Positions 1 to 9,826 are shown, counted from the first letter of the stretch. The stretch is 64,000 bases of DNA from an uncultured delta proteobacterium (GCA_963822965.1 CAWGJT010000010.1:640001-704000), one strand, 5' to 3'. The notes: a model not told the origin generated them from the sequence alone. Numbers and translations: made by a program.

Positions 1-1
1 C

Positions 2-244
2 TGCAGCCAGGCGGGGCCGCTGCGGGTGGGTCCGCGCACCGAGATCGAAGGCCTCTTCCTGTGCGGCGCGAGCACGCCCTCGGGTCCCGGCATCGCAGGC
101 GTCATGCGCGGCGGGCTGCTGGCGGCGGGCGAGGTGCTCGAGACCGACCTGCTGGCCCCCGTTCTGGCGGGCCGCGTCTTCGGCGACCGCGATGCGCTCC
201 CTGCGCTGCACGAGGGCTGGGACCCGTGGCGGGAGAGCCACTGA
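2..244 (+). CDS. Phytoene dehydrogenase-like NAD(P)/FAD-dependent oxidoreductase, C-terminal fragment (begins before the window)
   Basis: Open frame from base 2; C-terminal motif RTEIEGLFLCGASTPSGPGIAGV typical of CrtI/PYROXD2-like flavoproteins. Confidence 0.75.
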   Translation, partial: CSQAGPLRVGPRTEIEGLFLCGASTPSGPGIAGVMRGGLLAAGEVLETDLLAPVLAGRVFGDRDALPALHEGWDPWRESH

Positions 245-268
245 GTCCCCGTCCCGCTGGCGCGGGGC

Positions 269-1025
269 TCAGATCCAGCCCTGCTCCTTGAACTTGTCCT
301 CGAGGACCTTGGCGATCTCGTCGGCAATCCGATCGGCGGAGCCTTCCGCGGTGGTGCGGCCGCTGATCTCTCCCTCCGCCTTGACCGCGCCGCCGACGAC
401 GAGGCCGATCGGGTTGGCGGTGGCGATCGTCACCGAGGGCCGGCACGACCAGGCCCGGCGACTTGCCGCCGCCGCCCGAGCCCACGGTGCCGCTGCCGAG
501 CTTCACCAGGCCGCTCTCGGTCATGTGATACCCCTCGACGTGGGCCGCCACGCTCGCCGACCCCTTCCCGAAGCCGATGAGGACCCGCTCGGCCCCGCTT
601 CCCTCGTCGATCGAGGTGAAGTAGCCGATCAGCACGATGTCATCGAGCTGCGGATCCGGCTGGCCTGCGGCTCGAACCGCGTTGATTCCCATCTTGTCGA
701 TCTTGGCGACCAGCTCCTTGGCGACGTCGGCCCCGAGCTTGCGGCCGGCGGCGAGCTCCTCCGCGCTCACGTCGGCGGCGGCCTGGGCGTAGGCGCTCCG
801 CGCCTGCGACCAGGCCGGAAGGTCCGCGGGCGCGGCTGCGAAGTCATACACGATGATGCGGCCGGGGCGCGGGAGATTCGCCCCCTCGTACTCCTGGCGA
901 TCGGTGACCTCGGTGGACGCGCAGCCGGTGAGCAGGGCCAGTGCGAGCAGACCGGCCGCTCCGAGGCACCATCCGCGTGCGGCAGGTCGGGTGGAAGGGA
1001 ACGATCGGGCACTCGTCGTGGTCAT
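269..1025 (-). pseudogene. DUF4410-type lipoprotein with a +1 frameshift near 433-434 (possibly a sequencing error)
   Basis: Lipobox LLTGC; motifs IIVYDF and IDEGSGAERVLIGFGKG; removing one base restores ALVTIATANPIGLVVGGAVK...EDKFKEQGWI ending at TGA 269-271. Confidence 0.7.
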
Positions 1026-1288
1026 TCGGACGACTCCTTGGAGGGGGCAGGGCAGGAAGACCCGACTCTACCTCACATACCGCATCCCGGGTCGAGACGC
1101 GGACGCGGACGTGGAGGCGTCCCGACGCGCGGGCGGCCGCCCCACGACGCGAGGCGGGCGCCGCCGTGACGACCTCGAATCCCTCGCCGCGCACCGAGCG
1201 CCGTCGGCCGGGTGGTGTGCGCGCCGGAGGTCCGTGGGTCACCGGGCTCAGCGCGGCCCGAGGAGCGCGGGATCCGGCGGTGGCCGGC

Positions 1289-1663
1289 TCAGCCGGGAAG
1301 CTGGCTCTGGAACTGCTTCATGTCGAAGTAGTCGCGCCAGCCGCAGATCTTGCCGTCGCGCAGGTCGAAGCTTCCCATCACGGGAAGCTCCACCCACTTC
1401 TCGCCCATGTGGAATCGGTCGGTCCGTTCCGTGAGCACCACGCCCCCGGCGGTCTCGGCGAGGTTGTGGGTCACCCAGTCGATCTCGCTGGCCATGCCCA
1501 TGAAGCCCTGAAGCACTCCGCGGATCGCGTCGAGGCCCTTCACGGGCGCCACGGGGACGTTGTGGTAGACGCAGTCGTCGGTGAAGAAGCTCATCACGCG
1601 CTCGAGATCGTTCCGGTTGAAGGCGTCGATGAAGTCCCGGACGATGGCCTGGTTGTCGCTCAT
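1289..1663 (-). CDS. Limonene-1,2-epoxide hydrolase family protein (SnoaL/NTF2 fold)
   Basis: Motifs VYHNVP, LTERTDRF and WRDYFD (Arg/Asp/Asp triad of the LEH family); SD GGAGG upstream. Confidence 0.88.
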   Translation of the reverse strand: MSDNQAIVRDFIDAFNRNDLERVMSFFTDDCVYHNVPVAPVKGLDAIRGVLQGFMGMASEIDWVTHNLAETAGGVVLTERTDRFHMGEKWVELPVMGSFDLRDGKICGWRDYFDMKQFQSQLPG

Positions 1664-1714
1664 GAGAACCTCCGTTTCGTCGTGGAGACGGTTGCGCGGC
1701 TCGGCACCGCGGAA

Positions 1715-2260
1715 TCAGCCCTGGCGCTCGTGGAGCGGCGCGATGCTGGCCTTGTGGAACTGGAGCTTCGGCTTTGCGCCGGCGAATTCGACGTCGTCCG
1801 AGGTGACCGCGCGAAGCGCCAGGGCACGGTCCTCCTCGCTGAAGGTGCCGGTGGTGGTGCAGAACTCGACCAGGGTGCCGCCGGGATCGGTGGTGTAGAC
1901 CGAGTAGCACCAGTCGTGGTCGATCTCGAGCACCCCATAGCCGTTGTCGAGCCAGCGCTGCTTGGCCTTCTCGATGTCAGCGAGATCGCGGGCCCCGAAG
2001 GCCACGTGGTTCACCCATTCCGGGAGACCCACCGCCCGGGAGATCCCGGTCTCGAAGTCCTGGGGCAGGCTGTCGTCGTGCAGCTCCCAGAACGCCATCA
2101 TCTCGCCGCCGCCCGTCTCGTAGAAGAAGTGCTTGGCCCAGCCGCCGTCCGGGGTGCGGGCCACCTCGACCTTCACCAGATCGAAGCCCATGGCCTGGCT
2201 GTAGAAGACGTGGGTTGCCTGCATGTTGCGCGTCGCGAGGGCGAGATGGTGGAAGGGCAC
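1715..2260 (-). CDS. VOC/glyoxalase family protein
   Basis: FHHLAL, HVFYSQAMGF, NHVAF and YTTDPGGTLVEF metal-ligand pattern. Confidence 0.88.
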   Translation of the reverse strand: MPFHHLALATRNMQATHVFYSQAMGFDLVKVEVARTPDGGWAKHFFYETGGGEMMAFWELHDDSLPQDFETGISRAVGLPEWVNHVAFGARDLADIEKAKQRWLDNGYGVLEIDHDWCYSVYTTDPGGTLVEFCTTTGTFSEEDRALALRAVTSDDVEFAGAKPKLQFHKASIAPLHERQG

Positions 2261-2411
2261 GGGAATCCTCCTGTCGAAGGCCTGGGACGCCCGTCAGTAT
2301 ACCTGTGACGGGGCTCACTCCAGCGGGGCCGTCGACCGGACGATGAGAGGGGACCGGGCCCGCCCCGGGACCCAGCGGGGACCGGCCGGACTCAGCAAGG
2401 GGAGAGCCGCC

Positions 2412-2696
2412 ATGGGCAAGAAGGTCATGATCGCTCTGGTCCTCATCGCCGCCGCCTCCATCTATCTCACCATCAAGGAGCAGGGCCGGGACGAGGCCTT
2501 CGGCGGTGCGCTGGCACCGCTCGAGAGTGCTCGGGCCAGCGACGGCGAGGCGCATGCGCCGCTGGCGGCGGCGCTCGCCACCGGCGGTTCGGGTTCCGGC
2601 GGGACCGCGCAGTCGAACTACGGCCAGATGGTGAACCGCGTTCGCACCAAGGTGAACGGCGCCATGGACCAGTCGGTGAAGCGCTCCTCGCGCTGA
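2412..2696 (+). CDS. Small hypothetical protein with N-terminal membrane anchor or signal peptide (94 aa)
   Basis: SD-like AAGGGGAG before ATG 2412; MGKK followed by hydrophobic VMIALVLIAAASIYL. Confidence 0.6.
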   Translation: MGKKVMIALVLIAAASIYLTIKEQGRDEAFGGALAPLESARASDGEAHAPLAAALATGGSGSGGTAQSNYGQMVNRVRTKVNGAMDQSVKRSSR

Positions 2697-2792
2697 TCCC
2701 GTCCTCCGGGCGCGCCACGCCCGGGTTGCCGGCTCGACCCATCCTCCGGACGCATCGGACCGTCCCCTGGGCGGTTCGCTAGCGTTGGGGCG

Positions 2793-2984
2793 ATGAAGGT
2801 CCGCATCGATCGCGATCTCTGTCAGGGACACGGGGTCTGCATGGGGGAGGCGCCCGAGGTCTTCCGCGTGGACGACGACGGCCACGTCACGATCCTGCTC
2901 GAGGAGCCGCCCGGAGAGCTGCGCGGCAAGGTGGCCGACGCGGTTCGCTACTGCCCGACCGGTGCGATCTCCGTGGAGGACTGA
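2793..2984 (+). CDS. Ferredoxin, single-cluster [3Fe-4S] type
   Basis: CQGHGVC...CPTGAI (CxxHxxC..CP) in 63 aa. Confidence 0.92.
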   Translation: MKVRIDRDLCQGHGVCMGEAPEVFRVDDDGHVTILLEEPPGELRGKVADAVRYCPTGAISVED

Positions 2985-2997
2985 CGGCGCCGTGCTC

Positions 2998-4452
2998 ATG
3001 TCCTATGGCCGCGCGTTCGCGTGGCACGCCGAACGCGATCCCGACGCGGTAGCTGTGACCTGCAGCGATCGGGTGACCACCTGGGGCGAGATCGATCGAC
3101 GGTCGAACCGCCTGGCCCGCACCTACGCGAAGAAGGGCGTAGGCGAGGGCGATCTGGTCACCCTCGCGTTGCCGAACGGCATCGAGTTCCTCGAGGTGTG
3201 CCTGGCGGTGTGGAAGCTCGGGGCGACCCCGAACCCGGTCTCGTCGCACCTGCCCGAGCCCGAGCGGCGGGCGATCTTCCAGACCGCCGAGCCGGCACTG
3301 CTGGTGGGCGTGCCGGACGGCGCGCATCCCGAAACGGCGACCGTGCCGCCCGGCTTCGATCCGGTGGACGAAGACGACGGTCCGCTGCCCGACGTGGTAC
3401 CGCCCTCGGCCCGGGCGATGACCTCCGGCGGCAGCACCGGGCGTCCCAAGGTGATCCTGGATCTCACCCCGGCGCGCTGCGATCCCGAGGTGCCCGAGAA
3501 CCGCATGACCGCCGGCGGCACCACGCTGGTGCCCGGTCCGCTCTATCACGCGGGCCCCTTCATCACCGCCTGGCAGTCGCTGCTCTCCGGCCGTCGCGTC
3601 GTGCTCATGGAGCGGTTCGATGCGTCCGCCTGCCTGATGCTCATCGAGAAGCACGCGGTCGACTGGGTGCTCTTCGTTCCGACCATGATGCAGCGAATCT
3701 GGAAGCTGCCCGAGGCCGAGCGGAACGCGCGCGACCTGTCGTCGCTGCGGACGGTGATGTGCAGCGGCGCGCCGAGCCCGCAGTGGCTCAAGCGGGCCTG
3801 GATCGAGTGGCTCGGCCCCGAACGGATCCACGAGGCCTACGGGGGCTCCGAGCGCATCGGCGGCACCCAGATCTCGGGCAGCGAGTGGCTCGAGCATCCG
3901 GGCTCGGTGGGACGGCCCACCGGCGGCCGCAAGATGCGCATCCTGGACGCCGACGGGCGTGAGCTGCCCCCGGGCGAGGTGGGCGAGGTGTTCATGATGC
4001 CGCCGGGCGGGCAGGGCTCCACGTACCGCTACATCGGTGCCCGCGCCACGACCAGCGCCGACGGCTGGGAGTCGCTGGGCGACATGGGCTACCTGGACGC
4101 AGACGGCTACCTCTATCTCGTCGACCGCAAGACGGACATGATCGTGACGGGGGGCGCCAACGTGTACCCCGCCGAGGTCGAGTCGGCGATCGACAGCCAT
4201 CCGGCCGTGCGCTCGAGCGCGGTGGTGGGACTACCCGACCCGGATCTCGGCCAGCGCATCCACGCCATCGTGGACGCGCCCGACGCGGCGGCGCGCGGTC
4301 TCGACGAGGCGGCCCTGCGCGCGCACCTGGCCTCGCGCCTGGTTCGCTACAAGATTCCCCGGACCTTCGAGTTCGTGGCCGAGCCGCTCCGCGACGACGC
4401 CGGCAAGGTGCGTCGTCCGGCCCTGCGCGAGGCCCGGCTCTCGAAGGACTGA
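2998..4452 (+). CDS. AMP-binding acyl-CoA synthetase (bile-acid/fatty-acid CoA ligase-like)
   Basis: TSGGSTGRPK P-loop, YGGSE, GDMGYLD, DRKTDMIVTGGANVYPAEVE and GKV lysine. Confidence 0.92.
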   Translation: MSYGRAFAWHAERDPDAVAVTCSDRVTTWGEIDRRSNRLARTYAKKGVGEGDLVTLALPNGIEFLEVCLAVWKLGATPNPVSSHLPEPERRAIFQTAEPALLVGVPDGAHPETATVPPGFDPVDEDDGPLPDVVPPSARAMTSGGSTGRPKVILDLTPARCDPEVPENRMTAGGTTLVPGPLYHAGPFITAWQSLLSGRRVVLMERFDASACLMLIEKHAVDWVLFVPTMMQRIWKLPEAERNARDLSSLRTVMCSGAPSPQWLKRAWIEWLGPERIHEAYGGSERIGGTQISGSEWLEHPGSVGRPTGGRKMRILDADGRELPPGEVGEVFMMPPGGQGSTYRYIGARATTSADGWESLGDMGYLDADGYLYLVDRKTDMIVTGGANVYPAEVESAIDSHPAVRSSAVVGLPDPDLGQRIHAIVDAPDAAARGLDEAALRAHLASRLVRYKIPRTFEFVAEPLRDDAGKVRRPALREARLSKD

Positions 4453-4458
4453 CCCCGA

Positions 4459-4495
4459 CCCGTTCGCCGATCCCGTTCGCCGACCCATTCGCCGA
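4459..4495 (+). repeat. Three near-tandem copies of CCC(G/A)TTCGCCGA in the intergenic gap
   Basis: Copies at 4459, 4472 and 4484. Confidence 0.75.
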
Positions 4496-4510
4496 AAAAG
4501 GAGACGAAGC

Positions 4511-4969
4511 ATGGCACCCCTCTCGCTCCAGCAGGTCTCCGACCGCATCGAGATCAACGATGTGCTCGTCCGCTACACGGCCGCCATCGACCAGAAGGAC
4601 TGGGCGCTCCTCGACCGCTGCTTCACGAAGGACGCGCACCTCGACTATACGAGCGCGGGGGGCATCGCGGGCGACTATCCGCAGGTGCGCGCCTGGCTCG
4701 AGAAGGCCCTCGCGCCGTTTCCGGTGACGGCCCACTACGTGACGAACTCGAGGGTGGAGCTCCACGGCGACGAGGCCAGCGCCCGGACGGCGGTCCTCAA
4801 CCCCATGCAGTTCCGCAACCCCGACGGATCGATGCACCACTTCACCGTGGGCGCCTACTACAACGACCGGCTGGTCCGCACCTCCGACGGCTGGCGCATC
4901 CGCGAGCGCGTCGAGGAGAATGCCTTCCTGGAGGGCTCCTTGCCCAAGGCGCTCTCGATTCCCGGCTGA
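4511..4969 (+). CDS. SnoaL-like/NTF2 family protein
   Basis: DRIEINDVLVRYTAAIDQKDW, HYVTN, YNDRLVRTSDGWRI; SD AAGGAG. Confidence 0.88.
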   Translation: MAPLSLQQVSDRIEINDVLVRYTAAIDQKDWALLDRCFTKDAHLDYTSAGGIAGDYPQVRAWLEKALAPFPVTAHYVTNSRVELHGDEASARTAVLNPMQFRNPDGSMHHFTVGAYYNDRLVRTSDGWRIRERVEENAFLEGSLPKALSIPG

Positions 4970-4984
4970 TTCCGGAGCCCCCGC

Positions 4985-5524
4985 ATGAGGCGCGTTCTCG
5001 GTTGGCTGGCCCCCGCGCTGCTGGTGGTCGTGGCGCTGCTCCAGATCCAGCTCACGACGCGGACGTCCCTCAGTCCCTGGAAGCTCGGCGGCTTCGGGAT
5101 GTACTCCGGCGTGGACGCCATCGGGGCGCGCTGGATTCGCAGCCAGGTGGTGACGCCGATGGGGACGTTGCCCGTCTCCTTCGGCCGCCTGCAGGCCGAC
5201 GTGCCCGGGCTCGAGACGTTCTCGCGCAACGTGCGTTCCTGGCCCGACCCGGCCTCCCTGGGCGCGCTCGGGCAGGCGCTCCTCGCGGGCGACCGGGTGT
5301 GGGCGGACTGCACGCCCGCCTCCCTGCAGAAGACGGCCGGCGAGGGCACCCGCATCTCCGGCCACTTCGTGCGTCTGCTCTCCGTGCGCGAGCTGCGACA
5401 GCAGGGGTGTCGCCGGCTGCCCGTGAAGGCGCTCCGGCTCGAGGTCTGGCGCTACCGCTACACGTCGTTCGATCGGCGCCTCGCGGGCGAGAAGCTCGCC
5501 GAGGTCGTGGTGACCGGCTCGTGA
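4985..5524 (+). CDS. Hypothetical membrane-anchored protein, partner of the downstream HTTM-like gene
   Basis: N-terminal TM helix followed by SPWKLGGFGMYS; stop overlaps the next start (GTGA). Confidence 0.7.
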   Translation: MRRVLGWLAPALLVVVALLQIQLTTRTSLSPWKLGGFGMYSGVDAIGARWIRSQVVTPMGTLPVSFGRLQADVPGLETFSRNVRSWPDPASLGALGQALLAGDRVWADCTPASLQKTAGEGTRISGHFVRLLSVRELRQQGCRRLPVKALRLEVWRYRYTSFDRRLAGEKLAEVVVTGS

Positions 5525-6435
5525 CGGCCGCACTCTGGCGCCGCGTCGAGCCCCGGCTGCGCGCCGCGGGAAGCCCCCTCGATCTCGCCGCCCTGCTCAC
5601 GTTCGTGATGTTCCTCTACTACGCGAACGATCCGGACTTCCCGTTCATGGCCTTCGGCCCGTTGTCGGCGGCCGCGCTGGTGGCGGGCCTCGTCTGGCCG
5701 GGGCTGCGCCGCTCGCGACTCCTGTGGCTGTATCTGGCCGTGGTCGTCGTGTGGGCCCGGATCCCGCTGCTGCTGGTGATGGACAACCACCACTTCCTGA
5801 TCGCCTACTGGTGCATCGCGATGGCGGCGTGCCTGCTCGCCGAGCCCCGGCGTCCCGACGCGCTGGTGGCCCGCAACGCGCGCCTGCTGGTGGGGCTCGC
5901 CATGGCCTTCGCGGTGTTCGCGAAGCTGCGCTCGGGCGAGTTCGCGGACGGCTCGTTCTTCGAGTTCCTGCTGCTGGCGGGCGACCGCTTCGCGGCTTTC
6001 TCGGAGCTGGTGCTGCGGGTGCCGGCGGCGGACCTCGTCGCGAATCGCCAGGCCGTGGCGAGCCTGCTCACGCCGAGCGTCTCGGCGGACTGGGTGAGCG
6101 AGGTGGCGCTGCGCGGTCCGGAGCGCGTGCACGTCGTGGCGCTCGGCCTCGCCCTCTGGACCCTGGCCATCGAGAGCGTGGCCGCGGTGGCCTTCCTGTG
6201 GCCGGGGCGCGGCGCCCGGGTGCGCGCCGTGCGCCACGGCGCGCTCCTCACGTTTGCGGTCACCACCTACTCCATTGCGACCGTCGGTGCCTTCGCGTGG
6301 ATCCTGCTCATCCTCGGGGTGGCCCAGTGCGAGGAGGACGAGCGGCTGGCCCGCTTCGGGTACAGCGCCGCGTTCCTGCTGGTGCTGGTCTACACGCTGC
6401 CCTGGGGCGACGCCCTGCGGGCGCTGGGGCTCTGA
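5521..6435 (+). CDS. Polytopic membrane protein, HTTM/vitamin-K-carboxylase-like (tentative)
   Basis: About 8 hydrophobic segments; DNHHFLIAYW and FAKLRSGEFADGSF resemble HTTM-family motifs; GTG 5521 overlaps the upstream stop. Confidence 0.6.
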   Translation: MTAALWRRVEPRLRAAGSPLDLAALLTFVMFLYYANDPDFPFMAFGPLSAAALVAGLVWPGLRRSRLLWLYLAVVVVWARIPLLLVMDNHHFLIAYWCIAMAACLLAEPRRPDALVARNARLLVGLAMAFAVFAKLRSGEFADGSFFEFLLLAGDRFAAFSELVLRVPAADLVANRQAVASLLTPSVSADWVSEVALRGPERVHVVALGLALWTLAIESVAAVAFLWPGRGARVRAVRHGALLTFAVTTYSIATVGAFAWILLILGVAQCEEDERLARFGYSAAFLLVLVYTLPWGDALRALGL

Positions 6436-6445
6436 AGCCGGCGCC

Positions 6446-7180
6446 TCAGCGTCGCAGCTCGGCGCTGCGCTCCTGCTCGTTCTTCATGGCTTCGGCCATG
6501 CTCGCGCCGGCGCCGTACCAGAGGGCGCGCTTCGCGGCGGCCAGCACCTCCGGCTTGCAGGCGACCATCTGGAGGGCCATCTCCCGGGCCGCGGGAACCA
6601 CCTGCTCCACGGGCACGACCTGGTTGACGAGGCCGATGGCGAGGGCCTCCTCGGCGCGGATCACCTTCGCGGTGAGCACCAGCTCCAGCGCCTTCGCCAT
6701 GCCGACCAGGCGCGGCAGCAGGTGGGTGCTGCCGAGACCGGGCAGGATGCCGAGCTTCGCGAACGTCAGGCCGAGCTTGGCGCCCGCCGCCGCGATGCGG
6801 ACGTCGCAGGGCAGGGCCATGGTCATGCCCACGCCGATGGCGGCACCGTTCATCGCGACGATCACCGGCTTGGGGAAGTCGATGAGCTCGAGGGGAAGCT
6901 TCTTGAGAAAGGCCTCCTCGCCGAGCTTCGGGCCCTTCGAGGCGTTGCCGCCGCTCTGGTGCGCCTTCAGGTGCTCGAGATCCACCCCGGCGCAGAATCC
7001 TCGGCCGGCGCCGGTCAGGATCACGACCCGCACCGCGATCTCCTCGCGCGCGCGGGAGAACGCCTCGTACACCTCCTCGCCCATCTCCGTCGTGTAGGCG
7101 TTGAGCTTGTCGGGGCGGTTCAGGGTGATCGTCGCGATCCCCTCGGAGACGTCGTACAGGATGTTCTGGTGGTCGGACAT
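6446..7180 (-). CDS. Enoyl-CoA hydratase/isomerase (crotonase family)
   Basis: ITLNRPDKLNA, FCAGVDL, AMNGAAIGVG, CDVRIAA. Confidence 0.92.
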   Translation of the reverse strand: MSDHQNILYDVSEGIATITLNRPDKLNAYTTEMGEEVYEAFSRAREEIAVRVVILTGAGRGFCAGVDLEHLKAHQSGGNASKGPKLGEEAFLKKLPLELIDFPKPVIVAMNGAAIGVGMTMALPCDVRIAAAGAKLGLTFAKLGILPGLGSTHLLPRLVGMAKALELVLTAKVIRAEEALAIGLVNQVVPVEQVVPAAREMALQMVACKPEVLAAAKRALWYGAGASMAEAMKNEQERSAELRR

Positions 7181-7222
7181 GCTCGCGTCCTCTTCGGGGC
7201 CGCCCGCGGCCGCCCCCTGCGC

Positions 7223-8380
7223 TCAGGCGTTGCCCAGGATCGCGATGCCGCAGGCGGTGGGATGACCGCCGATGTTGTGACTCAGCGCCAGCTTGGGGTT
7301 CGACACCTGGCGGGGACCGGCGCGTCCCTGCAGCTGCAGCGTGTTCTCGTAGATCATGCGCACGCCGGTGGCGCCCGTGGGATGGCCGAAGGTCTTGAGC
7401 CCGCCGTCGGTGTTCACGGGCAGCTCGCCCCCGAGCTCGAAGGTGCCGGCCGCGATGTGCTCCTTCGCCGAGCCCTTCTCGCAGAAGCCCAGGTCTTCGT
7501 AGGTGAGGAGCTCCGTGAGCGAGAAGCAGTCGTGCACCTGGGCCACGCCGATCTCCGCACGCGGGTCGCGGATGCCGGCCTGGGCGTAGGCGTCCTTGGC
7601 CGCCCAGCCCGTGGGCTTCCACGACAGGAAGTCGTTGCCCGGGTCCTTCTGGGGATTGGGGCCCGCCTGCACGGTGATCGCCTTCACGAGCACCGGGTCG
7701 GCGCGGTACGAGCGGGCCAGGTCGGTGCGGGTGATGATGGCCGCCGCGGCCCCGTCGGTCTGGGCCGCGCAGTCGTAGAGCCCGAAGGGCCAGGAGATCA
7801 TGCGCGCGTTGAGGACCTCCTCGACGGTGATCTCGCGCTTCAGGAAGCTCTTGGGGGCCAGGGTGCCGTTGTGGTGGTTCTTCACGGCGATGCGGGCCAG
7901 GTCCTCCCGGCCGGCGCCGTACTTCGCGAAGTAGGTCGAGGCGCACAGCGAGAACCAGCCGGCGGGGGTCTTGGGCAGATCGCGCACGCCGTCCATCATG
8001 ACCGACGGGCCCGACACGCCCCGGTCCTTGGGCTTGTCGTATCCCACCACCAGCACGGTGTCGTACATGCCGGCGGCGATCGACATCACGCCGCAGCGGA
8101 AGGCGTCGGTGCCCGTCGCGCAGTAGTTCTGGACCATGGTGACCGGCTTCCAGAGCTTCAGGGCGTCGCTGCACTCATGCGGCCCCTTCTGGGTGTAGAG
8201 CGCGCCGGTGAAGACCGCGTCGATCCGTTCCTGGGGCTTGTCGATGCCCGCGTCCGCGTACGCCTCGTAGGCTGCGTCGACGATCATGTCGGAGGGCGAC
8301 TGGTCCCAGTTCTCGCCGAACTTGCAGCAGCCCACGCCGACGATCGCCACCTTGTCTCGAATGCCTGCCGGGTTCGCCAT
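7223..8380 (-). CDS. Thiolase (SCP2/archaeal-type acetyl-CoA acyltransferase)
   Basis: NYCATG with catalytic Cys, VHDCF, GHPTGATG, HNIGG. Confidence 0.92.
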   Translation of the reverse strand: MANPAGIRDKVAIVGVGCCKFGENWDQSPSDMIVDAAYEAYADAGIDKPQERIDAVFTGALYTQKGPHECSDALKLWKPVTMVQNYCATGTDAFRCGVMSIAAGMYDTVLVVGYDKPKDRGVSGPSVMMDGVRDLPKTPAGWFSLCASTYFAKYGAGREDLARIAVKNHHNGTLAPKSFLKREITVEEVLNARMISWPFGLYDCAAQTDGAAAAIITRTDLARSYRADPVLVKAITVQAGPNPQKDPGNDFLSWKPTGWAAKDAYAQAGIRDPRAEIGVAQVHDCFSLTELLTYEDLGFCEKGSAKEHIAAGTFELGGELPVNTDGGLKTFGHPTGATGVRMIYENTLQLQGRAGPRQVSNPKLALSHNIGGHPTACGIAILGNA

Positions 8381-8383
8381 GGC

Positions 8384-9826
8384 TCAGTCCTCCGACCGGG
8401 CGGCGGCGGACGGTGCGTCCTCCGGGACCGGGCTGCCCTTCCAGTAGTAGTTGGGACGACCGCCGCCCATGTGGATGCGCCGGAACACGAACTCCACGGG
8501 CAGGCCGATGCGGACGTCCTCGGGCTTGCAGTCGACGATCTGCAGATGGATGCGGGCGCCGTCGACGTCCGTCACGGTCACCACCGTGGGCGGGTCGGGG
8601 GTCGGAAAGAAGAAGTCGAAGGTGTAGGTGACGATGCGCCCGACGCGATCCGAGAGGCGCACGCTCTCGAAGTCGTCCGGGGCGAAGCAGGTCTCGCAGA
8701 CGCGCTGGGCGGGGAACTGGATCGCCCGGCACTGGCGGCACTGCTGGCCGCGGAGGGACAGGTCGTCGTCGCGCTCGCGGAAGTGGACGGTGGCCGAAAG
8801 GCCGGGGTCGCCGCCGGGCTGCCATTCGCGGGTCTGCAGGCTGCGGGCCTTGAGGTAGCGGTCGTAGCTCGCGGCCGGCCGGCGCCTCGCCAGGTGCCAG
8901 CTCACCCCGCGCCGGGGCTCGAGCTTCTCGAGCTGGTCGGTCACCCGGAAGGCGAGGGCCTCGGCGCCGTCGCCGTAGCTCGCCACCAGCAGGCGGTCGC
9001 CCGGGCTCGCGTCCTCGAGGGCGGCCGCGAGGAGCATCGGCGCGAAGGCCGTCCCGGTGTTTCCCATGCGACCGAAGTACGGGTCCTGGAGCTGCTCCGC
9101 CGCGGCGTGCAGCTGGCGCGCGGCCGTGGCGTGGCTGCGCGCGTCCGGGGCGTAGAGCGCCAGCTTCGCGAAGTCGCCCAAACCGCCGCCGCTGCGCTCG
9201 AGCAGGCCCTGCACGGCTTCCGTGATGCGCGGTGTGTAGCCCTCCTGGACGACGAAGCGGTCCTCCCAGGAATGCACGAAGGGATCGCCCTCGCTGCGCC
9301 AGACGTCGACGATCTCGTCCGCCACGGCGTGGAATCCCTCGAGGGTGGCCACCGCGTCGCCCTCCGCGACGAGGAAGGCGGCGGCGCCGTCGCCGAGGTT
9401 CCCCTCCAGTGCCGAGCCGGGGGCGGCGAGCCGTGCGTCGCTCGCGATCACCAGCACGTTGCGCGCCGATCCTGCGGTCACCGTGTCGAAGGCGGCTCGC
9501 AGCGCCGTGGTGCCGGCTCGGAGCGAGCCCGCGTAGTCGGCGGTCCGGACGTCGCGACGCAGGTCGAGGGCGCGAGCCACCAGGGCGGCGGCCTGCTTCT
9601 CCTGGAACGCATAGGTCGTCGAGGCGAAGTACACCGCGTCGACGGCCGCGCGATCCAGCCCGGCGAGGCAGTGGACCCCGGCGCTCACCGCCATGGTGAC
9701 GGCGTCCTCGTCGTTCCAGGCCACCGCCTTCTCGGGTCCGCCCTCCCGAGCCGGTCGCCCGCCGATCAGGGCCAGGGGCAGGCGCGTGCGCGGGACGTAG
9801 GCGCCGTAGGACGTGATGCCGATCAT
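8384..9826 (-). CDS. HMG-CoA-synthase-like domain fused to DUF35 (Zn-ribbon/OB-fold)
   Basis: Start MIGITSYGAYVPRTRL; EDAVTMA, GDGAAA, GNTG, SYGDGA; C-terminal CRQC..FP...CETC and GRIVTYT...YYWK. Confidence 0.88.
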   Translation of the reverse strand: MIGITSYGAYVPRTRLPLALIGGRPAREGGPEKAVAWNDEDAVTMAVSAGVHCLAGLDRAAVDAVYFASTTYAFQEKQAAALVARALDLRRDVRTADYAGSLRAGTTALRAAFDTVTAGSARNVLVIASDARLAAPGSALEGNLGDGAAAFLVAEGDAVATLEGFHAVADEIVDVWRSEGDPFVHSWEDRFVVQEGYTPRITEAVQGLLERSGGGLGDFAKLALYAPDARSHATAARQLHAAAEQLQDPYFGRMGNTGTAFAPMLLAAALEDASPGDRLLVASYGDGAEALAFRVTDQLEKLEPRRGVSWHLARRRPAASYDRYLKARSLQTREWQPGGDPGLSATVHFRERDDDLSLRGQQCRQCRAIQFPAQRVCETCFAPDDFESVRLSDRVGRIVTYTFDFFFPTPDPPTVVTVTDVDGARIHLQIVDCKPEDVRIGLPVEFVFRRIHMGGGRPNYYWKGSPVPEDAPSAAARSED

